This document shows positions 26,970 through 42,800 of a DNA stretch of 64,000 bases, one piece after another. How positions within the stretch are numbered: position 1 is the stretch's first letter; every line of letters starts with the position of its first letter. The notes beneath the pieces are model-generated. The model worked only from the letters and a program-made list of their open reading frames with translations. It searched no databases and had not been told where the DNA came from. The position numbers were made by a program, and so were the translations under genes. The stretch is from Balanoglossus misakiensis (taxonomy: Eukaryota; Animalia; Hemichordata): contig CM082588.2 of the NCBI GenBank assembly GCA_040954595.2, forward strand, positions 9,222,844 to 9,286,843, written 5' to 3'.

Positions 26970-29900
26970 CTGCACCACCACCACCACCACCATTATCACC
27001 ATCATAATTATCATAATCATCATTATAGCCGCCGCCGACATCGCCATCGTCACAGTTGTTTACATCTACTTCCATCAGATAAACTCTGTTTCTGATGAAG
27101 TATTTTTTACAAATGTATTATTTGCAGCCCAAATATGCTCGGAGCTGTCTCTTCCTACGCCCGCTGACGGTCACAAGTCCTGCACTACCACAATGTTTGG
27201 TCTAGATGTTTCTGCATTGTCCTGCAATGTCTCATGTCCACTGGGGTATGATTTCATTGGAGACATTGAATCACCTGGAGTCTATGTCTGTGATGATGGT
27301 GGATTCTGGAGTCCGAACAACTCCGTCCCTGATTGTTCGGGTAAGTGAATTGTATCGTTAGTCAAGATATCCCATATTCTACTTTTTGTGTGTCCCAGCT
27401 CTTTGGGTCAATCCACTCAGCAGTCATTGCTCACACACGACTTCTTAAAATTTGTCAATACTCTAAGTGAAATTTGATATAGTTTTGCCTACGTTTTGTT
27501 GTACGTTTCCCCTGTACCGTTTCCCGCTCAACACCCTTCAACTTGATCAAGCATCGTTTGGGAAGTAATTTTGTGTGCACATGTGTAATAACCCTTTTTT
27601 ATTGTTACCTATATTGAAATCAATTCCGGACTCGAATTCAGCTTCCTGCAATACCATTGCTTAATGCACACAATGTTGGTACCTGTAATATTTAGCATTT
27701 TGTCATCCCTGGGTAATAGTAAAGAAAATGTCTAATTTATGCAAAGAACAAGAAACCGACAGAAATATCAAAACCTCTAGGGAATTCAGATTTGTATATG
27801 ACGCTTCGCTCGTCAATAACTGATTTCCGGGAGGCGTGTATATCATATATGTATTGTTTATGATATATGTGTTCTAGCATAGAACTGACTATGGTTCTAG
27901 TTTCTTGCAGACAAAGAGAAGAAGTTGTCCACGAAAAGTTTACACACCTATCAGTATAGTGGTATAATCCAAATAATGTGTGTGAACAAAACAAAACATT
28001 AACTATTTTTTATTTCAGAGCAGAAGACGCCAAGCTATTGCCTGACACTCACTTGTGAGTACCTCGCATCATCACAGGTCTCCATTACAGGCTGCCAGTC
28101 ATATTATGAATCTGTGCTAATGACTGCATACCTGGCGTTTATTGAAGCGGATTTATTTGCTCAGTGCGCAGTAGTGAAAATAATGGCTAGTACAAACGCT
28201 GTCACCATGACAGCAAATGCAACAACGGTAAGTCACACATGGATACTTGCAATGTACTTGTAATGGCTATACGTGTGAATGTGTTGGACGGTGAAAAAGC
28301 ATTGTCCACTATACATGTACAGAACGCCTAAACGTAACTTATTGCTTTGCGTATTATATTGACAAATACTTTTATGACCGTTTTGCATGGCAAAGTGGTA
28401 AGTTAAATACACACCCACTAAGGTTTACATCATTAGTGATAATTATTCATTTCCAAAATGATATTGGTCTCGCCAAAAGCGGAGTAATTCTTATTGAACT
28501 TATCTGTGGCACCCACTGGAACAAGTATAATCAGACCGATTCGAGATATAGTCAACTAGAGTGTATTGCCGAATGAATGGACGGATCTAGGTGTCTGTGG
28601 AAAGAGAGACGACCCAGCGGTGATGCCACATCTCAACTGATTGAATTCTGATGGTTATGTGAAGACGTTGGTTGCGATGACTTTCACCCCTTCACAATAT
28701 GCGTCCATGCCCATGTCAGCTCAATAGACACAACGACCGTCAAAATGGTACTCCCACAATGAAGTCTAAGTGCTCTGCATCCATAGCTGCAGGTGACCCA
28801 CTTTCCACCCAGAGTCCTCACCGGGTATTACCCTCAATGCGTTGAGCGTTCCATAATAAAAATGCGCAAGAAAAATCCAGACTGGCTCATAGAGATAAGA
28901 TGATCCCGATTGATTCTGTACATGGTCATTTGTCCGCAGGTTGAATTCATGTTGAAAGCAATGCTGGAGACGCCATCTTTGAATCTGACCAGTGACGAGG
29001 AATCTTTATGCGGTTTGAGTACGTTAAATAATCTAAACATCACGGATTTTCTGTTGACTGTCGGTACGATCAGGTCTGACAACAATACCTGTCCAGAACT
29101 GAATCTTCTCACACCACCGGGGAAGAACGATGTCAAGTTGTGTTGTGGCGATGGTCAAATCTTTAAATCAAACTTCTGCTGTAAGTTTGGATTTCTTAAA
29201 TTCCATTTTTTTGTGTGATTCAATTTATGATACAGGCAACTTAGAAATGCATGGCGGTGTTGGAGCAGGCAATGCTAAACAAAATATTGCATATAGGCCT
29301 ACATGCTTGAAAGGTCACAGACGGTTCGTATCGTATTGCAAAACAGTGTTAAGCATTTTTCTACTTTGGTATAAAATATTTACAGCTGACTTTTACCGCA
29401 TATTCTTCGATATCAAATGACGTCAGACACGCACAGGCGCAGTTACGTTGGCATTCAAATTTCCAGATGACTGGCAACTTCAACAACGTGGTGCAGACAA
29501 AGACTGTGCAAACGAAACCATGAGGCTGATAGGGGAACATACCTGATACATGTTACGGGTCTGGCAGTTCTAAAGAAAAACATACTCGGAAAAACTTTTA
29601 CTGGATGCCGAAATATTGCTGGCCCGTCATCTGGAAATGACAACGCCGTGGGTCACATGGCAAGATCACGTGACTGATACTAAAGAATAGTGTTTATATT
29701 ATCAACTTATGCGTTTAATTATCAATGTATCAATGGCCTATATTGTACAAGCTACTTAATGCAGTTTTCTCCAAAAGACATTTACATGTGTTCACCTTGA
29801 TGAAACGTGTTTAAAATTTACAGTGAGCTGCACGGCTGGTACATACGCTGATAATAATACATGTTTGAGTTGTCCAACGGGAACATATCAAAATGAAATC

Positions 29901-32900
29901 GGTCAGACATCTTGTGTTTCCTGCCCCAGTGGTTATTTTACCGAACATCAACGTAGCAAATCGCGCAACAGCTGCCGAGGTAGGACTTGCGTTTAATATA
30001 AAATATTTCAATGAATCTGATGACTATTATAGTGCACTCATATACTCGGGACATTTAAGACATGTCGTCACAATCGTTCGTTGTTTTGACAAAAATCTGT
30101 AATCTTTTAAATTGTGTTCACCATCACACAAGAAAGTCAATACGTTTATGTACATAGACAGTCGCATTCATTTCAGTTGTTGACATTTCATACCGTTGCT
30201 AGTAAAGACATGTTTTTCTCCCGACATACCATGTTATTTGTTATTAATGTCATCATCATGTTAGGCCTGTAAGTTTTGTTTGCTACTAAAGACGGTATTA
30301 TGACAGCAACTTGTGCAATACAGGCTTCTTCAATATATCTTTTTTCAATTACTAATATTTAGAAAAAGACTATAAGTCAGAAATTTGTGCCACGGTAAGA
30401 ATTCTGGCTGCCTTAAATAGGTTTTCACTTTGCGCTAGGGGGTCAAATCGCATTGCATTCTGGGTGAAAAGTCGACAACCCACTGTAGTAAGAGATAGAA
30501 GAAATGGTATGTTTACTGTATTTCATGACTTCCTTTGGTCGTACATGTCTGCCTTTGTAGTTAGCATATTAAATTCATTAACCCTTTTCACATTTTGTTA
30601 TTTTTCCAGTTAAAAAGTTTCAGAATGACCCATCATCACTTTAGCTCATGAACTCCCATTTCTTAAACATGGCAAAATTCGGCCATCTTGAAATTGTGTC
30701 GACCATATGAGATTTTCATCACTCACTTAGGTAGCTCAAAACCTATTTAAGGTAGGGAGAGTTAACCCTTTAAAAGTAAATAAACTTTTTATACTTTCAG
30801 CGCAGTGCGAACCAGGTTTCAAATCCGACACAGGCCTTGAACCATGCCAACAGTGTCCAATCGGATCGTACCAACCGAATGTAGGTGCAACGCGCTGCAT
30901 TTTTTGTCCAAACAATACATCAACTTATGGCGTGGCAAGATCAGAATATAACTGCAAAGGTAAACATATCCATATGGTGTTAGTTTTTTCAGTCGGCACA
31001 GTGTTGTAAATTGTAGTGACAAGCGATGTCATGGATATATATTATTTTTTGATATCCGTAAAGTACAAATTTCTCACTAAATTATATATTGATTTTTTAT
31101 CAACAAAGAGTATTGTCCAGCTGGCTTTTATTCACCTACTGGTCTCAAGCCATGCGTGCCATGCCCTCGTCATTTCTTCCAACCGAACATTGCCTCCACA
31201 ACGTGTGAAGAATGCGATGAGAAGACGGGAACAATGATTGATGGAGTCAAAACTCGCGATGATTGTACAGGTGATGTTTCTCAAATGTCGTAATAGATGT
31301 CTTCATACAATTATCATGTAAATATTCCATCGAGATTCCCTCGTCTATACTACCAGGTTCACACACTGTACAATTTGAGACACTACTTGCCCATGGTAAA
31401 CACAGAGCGTTAATCCTTGGTCTTTGGAGTCAGGTTGTGTCCACACACAAAGTTTATATATAGGCACTGGGGCTCGGCCCCATAGACAATGGGTTGCGGA
31501 GAGGACGTGTTAATCCTTACACTGGCTCAGGTCAGGCTGGCAAAGACGTCTGAAATCTAAGCCGTTTCCGGAACACGTAAACCGTTCACACATAATAATT
31601 TACGCCAGTATTTGATCTGAAACGTCTTCATGGTCCCTGTGTGACCCCATAAAAGTACCCCTTTCTAATAAACGTTTATGTCCAAGTCAACAGTTCTCGA
31701 TATTTGTGGCGAGATAACACCCTGTTATAACAACGGTACCTGTATAAACACCGGCAGATGGTTCAAATGTAGATGTACAGAAGACTATAGTGGGTAAGGT
31801 CAATTATATTCTAATTCTGGACTGAATTCCCTCTTGCCAATGTCACAATCACTTTTTTAATGGCGATACTAAATTCATTGTGTAGAAATTAAGCGGATAC
31901 TGTGGCAGATTGCCAGAACAAATTATCAATTATAATGAAGCGAAGGATATCCATTAAAATAGACAAAATATGCAAAGATCACATTTTGTCTTTCAAGTAA
32001 AGTATATTGAACTACAACATGTGAGTAACATGATGGTACACAAGTTTATATTTGCAGCGTTTATTGTTAAGTTGATTTAAAAGAGTATGCATCTCAAAAT
32101 TCAAAGTCTTAAAACTTTTATTAATATTTTACTGACGGGCACTATGTACTGTTCTCTCCTAAATGTGAGAAAGAATTGGGTTTTACGTGCGATTGTTAGC
32201 CAGTTTTGAAATTGAAAATGGCTTCCAATTTCATTGTTAACTGTATGGAGATACTTTAAAGTGATTTTTGTGAAAACAAGATAGGGAAGACCATGTTTTG
32301 TCGTTGTTTTCAAAAAGACTCCTCACACATTTTATTCAGCAAAAAATGAAGAACATATTATCTATTTTGTCTTTAGTTCACGCTGTCAAATGCCCGCTCT
32401 CTGTGCAAGTAGCCCCTGTCGCAGTAACGGAACCTGTACAGAGATTTCATCGTCACATGAACGATTTAATTCCTACTATTGCACATGCGTGGACGGTTAC
32501 ACAGGAGACTTGTGTGAATTTGAAGTTGACGAATGCTCTTCTGAACCATGTCAAAATAACGCCACGTGTGTTGACGACGTCAACGCTTTCAACTGTAACT
32601 GTATTGAGGGGTTCACCGGCAGAATCTGTGAAGTTAATATCGATGAATGTGCAAGTTACCCCTGTCAAAATGATGGCTACTGTATGGACGGAGTCGATGG
32701 ATACAGTTGCATATGTCGATCGGGATATACAGGGAACAACTGTGAAATAGACACAGGTAAATGTGACTATATTAATAAAAGTGTAAGCGAAGCCTTCTCT
32801 GACCGGGAGCATTTCTTATGACAAATATTCTTCGTAATTTGAATGTCAATGATCTTTTCAGCGCTGTTACGTCATGAGAAATATTAATTTAAGCTTAGTT

Positions 32901-33780
32901 GTACTCTCTCATCATGGTGTGCGTTTATTTATTCAGATTCATAAACTGCATATACTTTTATTAACATACAGTTTTTGACAAATTTGATAGAGTTGTGCTT
33001 GTCTGTCGTCTATTAAAGGGACAAATTCTCTCTCTCACTACCGTTTTTCCATTAATTATGTTTGATACAAGACGCAGTTTATGTTTTTCTACATGTGGAT
33101 TTAGTGAATCAACGTTCGACCACAAACAACTTCCATCCCACTTGTAGATACAAGAGTGAAAAAACTCGCCAAAATGAATAATCGGTCTCTTCCATTTATT
33201 CATCTTGGCGATATTTTTACTGTCCTATCCTGCAAACAGGATACAAGTTGTTTGTGGTCGAACACTGATTCACTATATATCCACATGTAAAATAACACAA
33301 ACGGTGTCTTGTATCAAACATAATTAATGGAAAAAGGGCAGCGAGAGAGAGACGTTGTCCCTTTAAGTATCCGAAACCATCATCAAGGTAACAAGCTAGG
33401 CAGTATTCTATTGGGCGCAACAAGGAGAGATTCGATGAATCCGATCATTTACTTGGTCGGCGATTCCACAAAGCGAATCTTTGCTGCTTGTCAACCTGTT
33501 CATCTTTTTTGATTTGCAAGATGAATGTGCATCATTCCCGTGTGTCAATAATGGAACTTGTATAGATGATGTCGGCGGCTACCAATGTCACTGTTTCGAT
33601 GGTTATTTTGGAGACAGATGCCAACATCGTGTTAACACATGCCTTAGTGAACCCTGCGGAAATGGTGGGAAATGCACGGATAATATGCATGACTACTTCT
33701 GTGAATGTTTTGATGGCTGGTCAGGTAAGTAGCATACAGCAGGCACGCCATACGATACTCAGGCTGAAATAACCTGGTGG

Positions 33781-33830
<50 letters not shown>

Positions 33831-36800
33831 AAAGGGTTGAGGCATGCCTACTTTTGTTTAAAAACGTATATTAGTGGATATCTATACGAAAGTAATGCCA
33901 AAACAAACACGCTGACATGACATCAATAACCAGGTTTATAACTAACGGTAGGCTATCATTTTGAATGGATTTCACAGTGAGCTCAGCAAGGCTCTGGAAT
34001 ATACAGTTGATTTTAAAAGCTGTTAACTGCTGATCATTCTTTTTGCACCACATACCCTTTTGGGTTGACGGTGATGATGGGGCGTGTCTTATATTTACAA
34101 CTTGAGTTTCGTCTAACCGCTGCACACAGAATAATATGGGGGCATCATAAGTTTGATTAGACCACCAGACGTAAAGCCGATGCTCTTACGATAACCTTGA
34201 CTACATAGTAATGACCAGAGGCGGTCAGCATTCCATAATATTTGCTTGGAAGTTGACTTGACATACACAAAGAGGGCGATTAAGGCCATTAATTACATTT
34301 GATCTCTTGAAGGGGCTCACTGTGAAATAAGCACCAATCCTTGTAATACGCAACCTTGTCTAAATAATGGAACCTGTGAAGAAGACCTCGAGCAGAATGA
34401 TTATAAATGCACATGCATGCCAGGTTATGAAGGCAGTTCGTGTCAGGTGAGTGTTTCTTATTGAAATTAAAATGCGCCACGAAAATCAAAGTCTTAAACT
34501 TTTGCTCAATGTAAATTAAGGATGCTGTCTCTTAAAATTGAGAATAAACATAGGAGGTTGACGTGCAAAAGTTTAAATAACAGAGCTAAATCGACCCAAA
34601 TTATCTTGAAGTCAAAATTCAAAATGGCCACCAATCTCCGAGACTCGTACTACCTTAAGGATTTGATCCCATGTTATACATACTAATCACATTCCATCTG
34701 GTGACGTAAACCATTCAGACTAACAGTACACAATACATGCATTAATACTAAAATTTCAATTGATAAATTCTAAAACTTTCTTGCACTCCCTTCCCTGTGA
34801 TAATTTATTGAAGATCACGTGTCTTGATGATTGACTTTCATTTTCTTCATTCAAGGTCGTTGTCAATGAATGTAACTCGAGTCCATGCAAGAATGGTGCC
34901 ACATGTAGCGATGTTTTGAGTGGTTATCAATGCTACTGCCAAGCAGGTTACTCTGGGAGCCAATGCACCGTCAATATCAATGATTGTAGTCGTAATCCAT
35001 GTCACAATGATGCCGAATGTATTGATCTCATTGATGACTATACATGCAGGTGGGTACATGTAGTTGTGTTTGTCATTTCAAATCTGACAAATATCTCTGA
35101 GTTGTGTTGTGTGTTGTGTTGTGTTGTGTTGTGTTGTGTCACAACTCTTATTGTCATTCGTTAATATAAACGGTTGAAACGTTAATACGACTGTACTGTG
35201 TATTTAGTTTAATTATCACAGGAAATAATGCAATTTTGCAATGCAAAAACAGACGAATAGATAAGTATTGTATAATTATGTTATTTATTGCAATGTTAAT
35301 TGAGGTGCCCGGTTGGGTATGAAGGTAAAAACTGCAGCCAAGACATCAATGACTGCATAGGAGTGACCTGCATGAATGGGGCAACATGTGTTGAAGGAAT
35401 AGCAAATCACACGTGCATTTGTACTCCAGGTAAGTTTGTCAGTATCTTTTATTATTTCTGTCTCGATTCTATTCATAGTCTTGACCTTGAAGAATATTAT
35501 CCCTGCATTGGCAGCATTGGCTAGTTGTCACCTTGCATTCAATATCTGACGTACAGCAAGGACGTTACAGGAACAGTATGCTGGTTGATTTTGTTTATTT
35601 ACGAATTCCAAGCAAGATCGAAGCCACGTCTAAATTAACCAATATGACTACCAATGAATGTTCTCTATCTTGACAACGACCACTGCAAACCATTAACCGT
35701 GACACTAAAGACTAAAGTACATATCTGCCAGCACAGCAGAAAATGTAGTTTGTAGCAGCCACACCAATTATTTGCGAATTTTGTTCATTGTATTTTAAAG
35801 GTTTCCATGGCGACAACTGCGAATACAATGTAAATGAGTGTGATTTTGGAGTATGTCAACATCAAGCAACATGCGTCGATGTATATGGTACCTATTACTG
35901 TATATGCCCTAGTGGGTTTGAAGGAACACACTGTGAGGTTAATATTAATGACTGTCTAAATGTGAATGGCACGTGTCGAAACGGAGGAGAATGCATCGAC
36001 GGTATTGATGAGTTTTACTGTTTATGTACACATCTCTATGAAGGGCCACTATGTGAGAAAGGTAAGGTACTATTTTTCACAACCTATAACCATTAAAATG
36101 TCGACTGACAGCTACAGTCTATGCCCTTTCTGAACAGGGCTAGTACAGCGTATGGTAGTGAGTATACACTCCATACATGCATGAAATTTTTATAAAACTT
36201 AAATAACTGGTAAAGAACGTTGAAATTAGTAGTTCGGGATATAAAGTAAAATGTCAGCATATTTTCGATGTACGAAATACTAAAATGTCAAATTTTGCTC
36301 CGTACGTGAAACTCAATTATTATGTTCAAAAGATAACTAGAGTGTTTAAATACTATTAACAACAACGTACACAACTATTACCAATGTATTTTATGAAATA
36401 ATTACGAAAATACAAACGTACATAGCAAAGAGGCATATTCTATTTTATATTATTGCGTGTAACGCTTTATGCCATAAATGTTGAAGATCCTTCTGTTTCG
36501 TCACTTTTGCTTCACAGAAAAGTCAGCGGATTTTGATCTACTCTTTATGTCTGCAAATTATTCTGCGTCTGAATCCAGCACGTTTCTTTGCCAGAGAAAC
36601 TTCACCATGTCCTTCTGGGTTCGCTTTGCTTACAGTGGTCATACTGGTGAATATTTATCCCTCAATGGATATACCAGGTAAGGCATGTCATGTGCAGCCA
36701 GGTTAGAAGATTAGTCAGTTTCATTGATCATGGCAACAGGATTGTCCTAGTGAGTACATCGGATGTCAAAGTTGCAGTTTTTCACCATCGGCACCCAACG

Positions 36801-39800
36801 TTATTTGCAAGATCGTCTCATAGGTATTCATAGAACATGAATTTTGCTGTACAACATATTTGGAATGTCGAATTAATTAAGCCGCTTTTTGTTAAAGTCT
36901 GATTCTATCATTGACCTGTTTACACACAGCGGCGGAATATTCGATAAAGAGTTGGCGTCTTTCAACGATAGTCTGGCAACGGTAGAAGAGGGGCGAATAA
37001 ATAATGGACAATGGCATCACGTGATCGCTGTCATACAATGGCCGACAATGACAACATTTATGGACGGGATGTTATCTGGTCACGTTCACTTGCAAACACC
37101 TCCAGTCAAGTAAGTTCTAAGTAAAGGATTAAAACGCTTTCACTGCTTGGGAGTGACTATATATATTCATTTGCGATTTGAGATTTTGTGCTAATATCAA
37201 ACTTACACATTTCGCATTACATTTCGCGAGAATTTGTGAGAACTTCAAAGCTTCAATCGCAATCGCCGTGGAGAACAGACAATCATAGTAATTAAAATAA
37301 CGTCTGTACTATACCAAATAAGCTGATTGCAGATGTTAGTATCATTTGATATCAAATGACGTCAGACGCGCTCAGGCGCAGTTATGTTGGCAATCAAATT
37401 CCCAGCTGACGGGTAACTTCAGCAATGTGGTGCAGACAAAGACTGTGCAGACGAAATGCCATGAGGCTGATCAGGCACCATACCTGATACATGTTACGAG
37501 TCAGTTGGTACTAAAGTAAAAACCTACTCGGAAAAACTTTTACTGGATGCCGAAATATTGCTTGCCTGTCATCTGGAAATGACAACGCCGTGGGTCACAT
37601 GACCAGGTTACGTGATTGATAGTAAAGAATTGATGACGTTTCATTTCCTCAATATTATGAAAGTAACTAATGCCTTCATCTTTTGCAAGATGTGCGATTA
37701 CTCTTGGACAGATGTCGAATTCAGGGCATGGCACCAGAGAAGCGAATGATGTATTTCAGGGGGAAATCAGCCAATTGAATGTATATGATTGGCTTTTTCC
37801 TATCAACGAGATTGACGTCATAGCTGGCAACTGTTCACAGACTCTACCAGGGGAAATAGTGCCTTGGGTAGCCATGGTGGACAAGATGTCGGGTGACGTC
37901 ATCAAACGGCAACCATCAATCTGTGGAGGTTCAGAGTGTCCACAAGGACTGAGTGGAACATTGTGTGATGTTACAATAGGTAAAGATAAAAACTGTTTAT
38001 CGTAACATTCGAGATTATCAGCAATTACAGTGCAGGCAAACGCGAACTTCTGTTTAAAGTCCCCATAGCTGCCAAATTTCACATATTTTTTTCCACAATA
38101 AAAAAACTTCAAATATATTCCCTATCCTCTAAAATCCTCACCATTGAGCCATATTACTTGTATTTGCAAGTGTTTGCCATCTCTTTGCGACGCATACCAC
38201 GATAGTTGCGTACTGTTTGTATGGAGGCCGATGAAATTGGTGCGGCACCCTTTTAATATTACATAGCGTGTTCAAATTACAACATGCAGTCACAATCGGG
38301 CATCGATAAGGTGTTCATGTATACCTATCAGTAAGCTTATTTAGATGGAAAATAAAATCATGAAAAAAATTCATAAAGTGGCAGCTCTGGCTTTAACATG
38401 ATTAACAAGTAAAGTGTCGATTAAAATATGAAACAAAAATGGAAGCGTTGATTCAAAAGAACTTTTTATTTTCTCTCTGGCCAGAGATTACCAGTAAAAC
38501 TAGCGTTATTCCGTAGTCAATGTAAGCCTTTCATCAAATTGAATCTAATGCTTGAATAGGGCCCCTAATAAAAAGAAAGTTAAACTCCACGTTGTCGACA
38601 AAAGGTAGTGTACTGATATTTAATTTAACTAATTATATATTGGCAGTCTAAAATGAAAGGCATGACAATAGCGAATTTGGAGAGTCCTGGAAAATTATGA
38701 AATCCCCGGAACCTGAACGCAGCAATCTCGCGAAGAACTCTAACGCCCCATGACGTTTCTTTCAGATAAAATGCCGCCTCGTGTTCTGCGTTGCCCAAAT
38801 GATACATGGATTATAAATCCCACAAGTCGTTTATCTATAGGTATGTGGGAAGAGCCAATATTCACAGATAATGTCCAAATTGCTAACATATCAGAGTCCT
38901 ACAGAAGAGGTAAGTTTTAAATTTTGTATTCAAAGTTATGAAATAGACAAAACTGTATCAGGCCAACAAAATATTATGTGCTGTTCCGATTACATGGGTT
39001 TCAAAAATAGGGTAGGTAGGTGGGAATTTCTTTTTATTTTGCGATTTCTTTTTATTTATCTGCCCGCCATAGTGTAGAAAATGACGTCATACTTCTTGCG
39101 TTGTGCGCGCAATTTCGTCATAGTTCTCGCGTATTTCACGCGATTTTCATCTATTTCGTATATTTCACATCGTCATTTTTACTTCCGGTTTTACGAAGCT
39201 CTCAAAAGTTTAGGGTCGGCAGGTTAAAATTAGGTTAGGTCGGGTAATCGGAGCAGCAGATATTTTTTTTTTTTTTTGGCCTTAATACTAGGTAACGTGA
39301 TAAAAACAGTATACAGCTGATTGAAGAGTTGGTTAAATATGTAAACATGCAAAAGGACGTTCAAATAAAATGCTTGTTATGTCGTTACTCGTACTCTTTA
39401 ATAAGGTATGGGTAGCTGCAGTTGGGATACATTAAACCTGTGCTTAACGTTGATAAAATATAATTTTTTTAAATTACAGGCGGGGTATTTGCATGGGGGC
39501 AATATTTAATTACATACGTTGCCACGGATACATCTGGTAACACAGCCGCCTGCATTTTCATTTTGTATGTTTTGCGTAAGTTACTTGTTTTTATTTGTTT
39601 AAATAGTGAATCGCTTTGTGGGCTTCATTAATCGGGATAAATTGGTCGTTTTATCTATATAAATAAATACTATGCCTGAGCGACCAGTGACACCATTTGC
39701 ATATAGGTAACTGTAAAGAGTGTGTTTGGATGGCAGTGAAATGGTTCCTTCTGCCAATATCGAGTCTGTGATACCAGCGGTACATATGCAGATACAGGTG

Positions 39801-42800
39801 TGTATGATAGGACAAACTTGAAATATATCATTGCTTGGAACACTGAGAGTATCGACTACAACAAACACAATACTTGAACTGTCGTATAGATAAAGGGTCG
39901 GACAAATGTGTCGTTCCCTATTTTATTAAATTTATACTGTAATTTGTAACGGAGTATTGTTTTCATGGCCAGCATTTGACTGTGCAATACCAGCTCCTCC
40001 AGTCAACGGTGCCAGGGTATGTGATAGCTGGCAGTATGGTGCATTCTGTAGCATAGACTGCCTAGAAGGTTACGAATTCTCGTCGTCACCAGCTACGTAT
40101 TACGTATGTGGTCGTGAAAGAACTTTCAATCCAGCCAGTCCTGACCAACCTGTAGTGTTTCCAGCTTGTGCTGGTAAGTATGTGATATTTTGATTTGTCT
40201 ATCCTGTGTGATCTGTGATCATTTCTCTCATAAACACCGCCGCGATACACCAGAAACATTGTTGTCAGCAACAATACATGTTCTAACAGACCAAAACATC
40301 GACACAATTTATTCATCTCAGTTATCTTAAAAGCCCCTATAGCTGTCAAATTTCACATATTTTCTTCCACATTACAAATACATTCCCTCTCCTCTGAAAT
40401 CCTCAACATTAAGCCATATTACTTGTATTTGCATCAGTTTGTCATCTCTTGGCAAAACATACCACGATAGCTGAGTACTGTTTGTATGGAGGCTGATTAA
40501 ATCGGTGCGGCACCGTTTTAATACATAGCGTTTTCAAATCGCTACATACAACCACAATCGAGCGTCGATAAGGTGTTCAGTAAGCTGATTTAAAAGTCAT
40601 GAAAATAATGGACAAAGTGGCAGCTCTAGAGGCTTTAATCAGCTGAAGCCGTATGTTTGCATCAAATACTTTGTGTAACTATTTACATGACAAGACATTT
40701 GGTGCTCGGAATGAAAAGGATATATACCGAATATTGCCATCACACCGGAGTTTATAATATTCATATTAATTTGTTTAGCGGCCAGTGTTGCCAATTCCCG
40801 AGTAGAAGGTAAAATGGACTATGCCACTGCTACATGCGATGAAGACACAACTAACTCCCTCCTTGCTACTTTTGGGGAGACGCTTTCATATCTGCACTCT
40901 GTCTTCGGTATCTGTGGTGCTCGTGATTGTACACTTGATGACAATATCAACATAATATGTTCCTCGGCCAAGAGGAAAAAGCGACAAACATCAACGGGTT
41001 TAACAGTACAGTTCACTGTACCTTCCAACAGGTAAATGAAACAATCAACTTCTTAGAACTCGTAGCATTTACAAAGAATATGTTCTGAACACTAATACTG
41101 TTCTTGAAACATTTTCGAAGTGTTCGATTATCTTTTAATTCAGTTGCTTAGGTTGCCCCGCACAAAACTTGCGAAGGAATACCAAAGAACCGTTGGATTC
41201 TCATGGCCCCATATATGTATAATTTATTTATTCACTCAGAAATTAATTTACTCGATATTAATTTATTGATTACTTTCGGTAAACCAATGGGTTAGAGGCT
41301 CATTTAAAGACACCGGTAAACCAACCTACACAAAATTATAATATATAGAAAAGAGCAACTACTGTGTCCAATTGTGGTGTTAATTAATTTGTGTCTTTTA
41401 ATGTTTCCTCAAGTCTTGAGGGAAGTTTTACCGGGTCCTTACCGGTTTGGGAGAACCCCCGTCCCCCGCGAATTTCACCAGGACCTCGGGAAGTGAGAAA
41501 TTAATGCTCTTTGTTAACGGTCGAATTTGACGAAATGTTGATTTTAATTGGATTTTTTCTTGATGTACTAGTTCTCTTGACGTCGACTTCATTATTGCGG
41601 GCGCTGTGGGTGATGGCTTATTCAATACTCTAAACTTGACGGTTGACCCTGAAAGCTTTGTCATTGAGAGCACTTTATACTGTATGGAAGGACAAGTACT
41701 TACAGATGGTAGATGCGGTAAGCCCTGTCACATCTCTGTGTCATACCGATGATACCCATGTCATTATGAAGCCAGAGAAAATTCAACAATACTTCTAGTG
41801 GCTTAATTGCCAATAACAGAGTCATTTCATGTCAAGTTGCTTTAAAAGCATCTTCGGTTCATTTATATCATTACCCATTTCCTCTCATGAACAGTTAATT
41901 GCGGGCTTGGCGAATATCATGACACATCTATTGAACAGTGTGTACAATGTATGAAGGGTATGTACCAAGACAGAGAGCAGCAAACGAGCTGTCAATCATG
42001 TCCATCTGGTACCACTACGCAGGCGCCAGGATCTATATCTAGTTCACAGTGTGTGGGTAGGTGATATTCTTTACTATCAATCACGTGATCTGACCATGCA
42101 TGTCACCCACGGCGTTTTCATTTCCAGGTGATGGGCAAACAATATTTCGGCATCCAGTAAAAGTTTTTCCGAGTATGTTTTTTTTGCTTTAGAATTGCCA
42201 GACACGTAACATGTATCAGGTATAATGCCTTATCAGCCTCATGGCGTTTCGTCTGCACAGTCTTTGTCTGCACCACGTTGTTGAAGTTGCCCGTCTTCTG
42301 GAAATTTGAATGCCAATGTCACCGCGCCTGAGCGCGTCTGACGTCATTTGATAGTGAAGAATAAAGTTTTTTTTTTTATGAACACATCTGTTTCATGCGT
42401 ACATAGGAGTGCTCACAACATAGGACAAAATTATCACAAGCAGACGGTAGCTACACTCCCATTTTATTACACCACGTGTTCCAGCGCTTGTATTTCAGCT
42501 ATTCCTCAATAGCCCCTATCGCAGTAAACCGTAGTGTCGTGTCCAGATGTAATATGAAAACGAATTTCTAGTTTTGGTGGGTGTTGCTTAAAAAATTAAT
42601 TCTTGATTTGCATGATTTTTCCTAGACAATTATGACAAAGTTGGTAATGAAAGCTGTACTGTAAATATTGTATATATTAGTTGTGAGCAATTGTGAATAA
42701 TTAACTCCATTCGTATCTCTCTTTTAGAATCATGCAAGATTGGTCATTTTTTCGATATAGGCACTGGCATGTGCCAATCTTGTCAACCAGGCTATTATCA

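Noticed and set aside
28510-28835. GC-richer intronic segment resembling a SINE on the minus strand
   Set aside because: No second copy in the window and no convincing A/B boxes or TSD by eye; needs a Dfam search.
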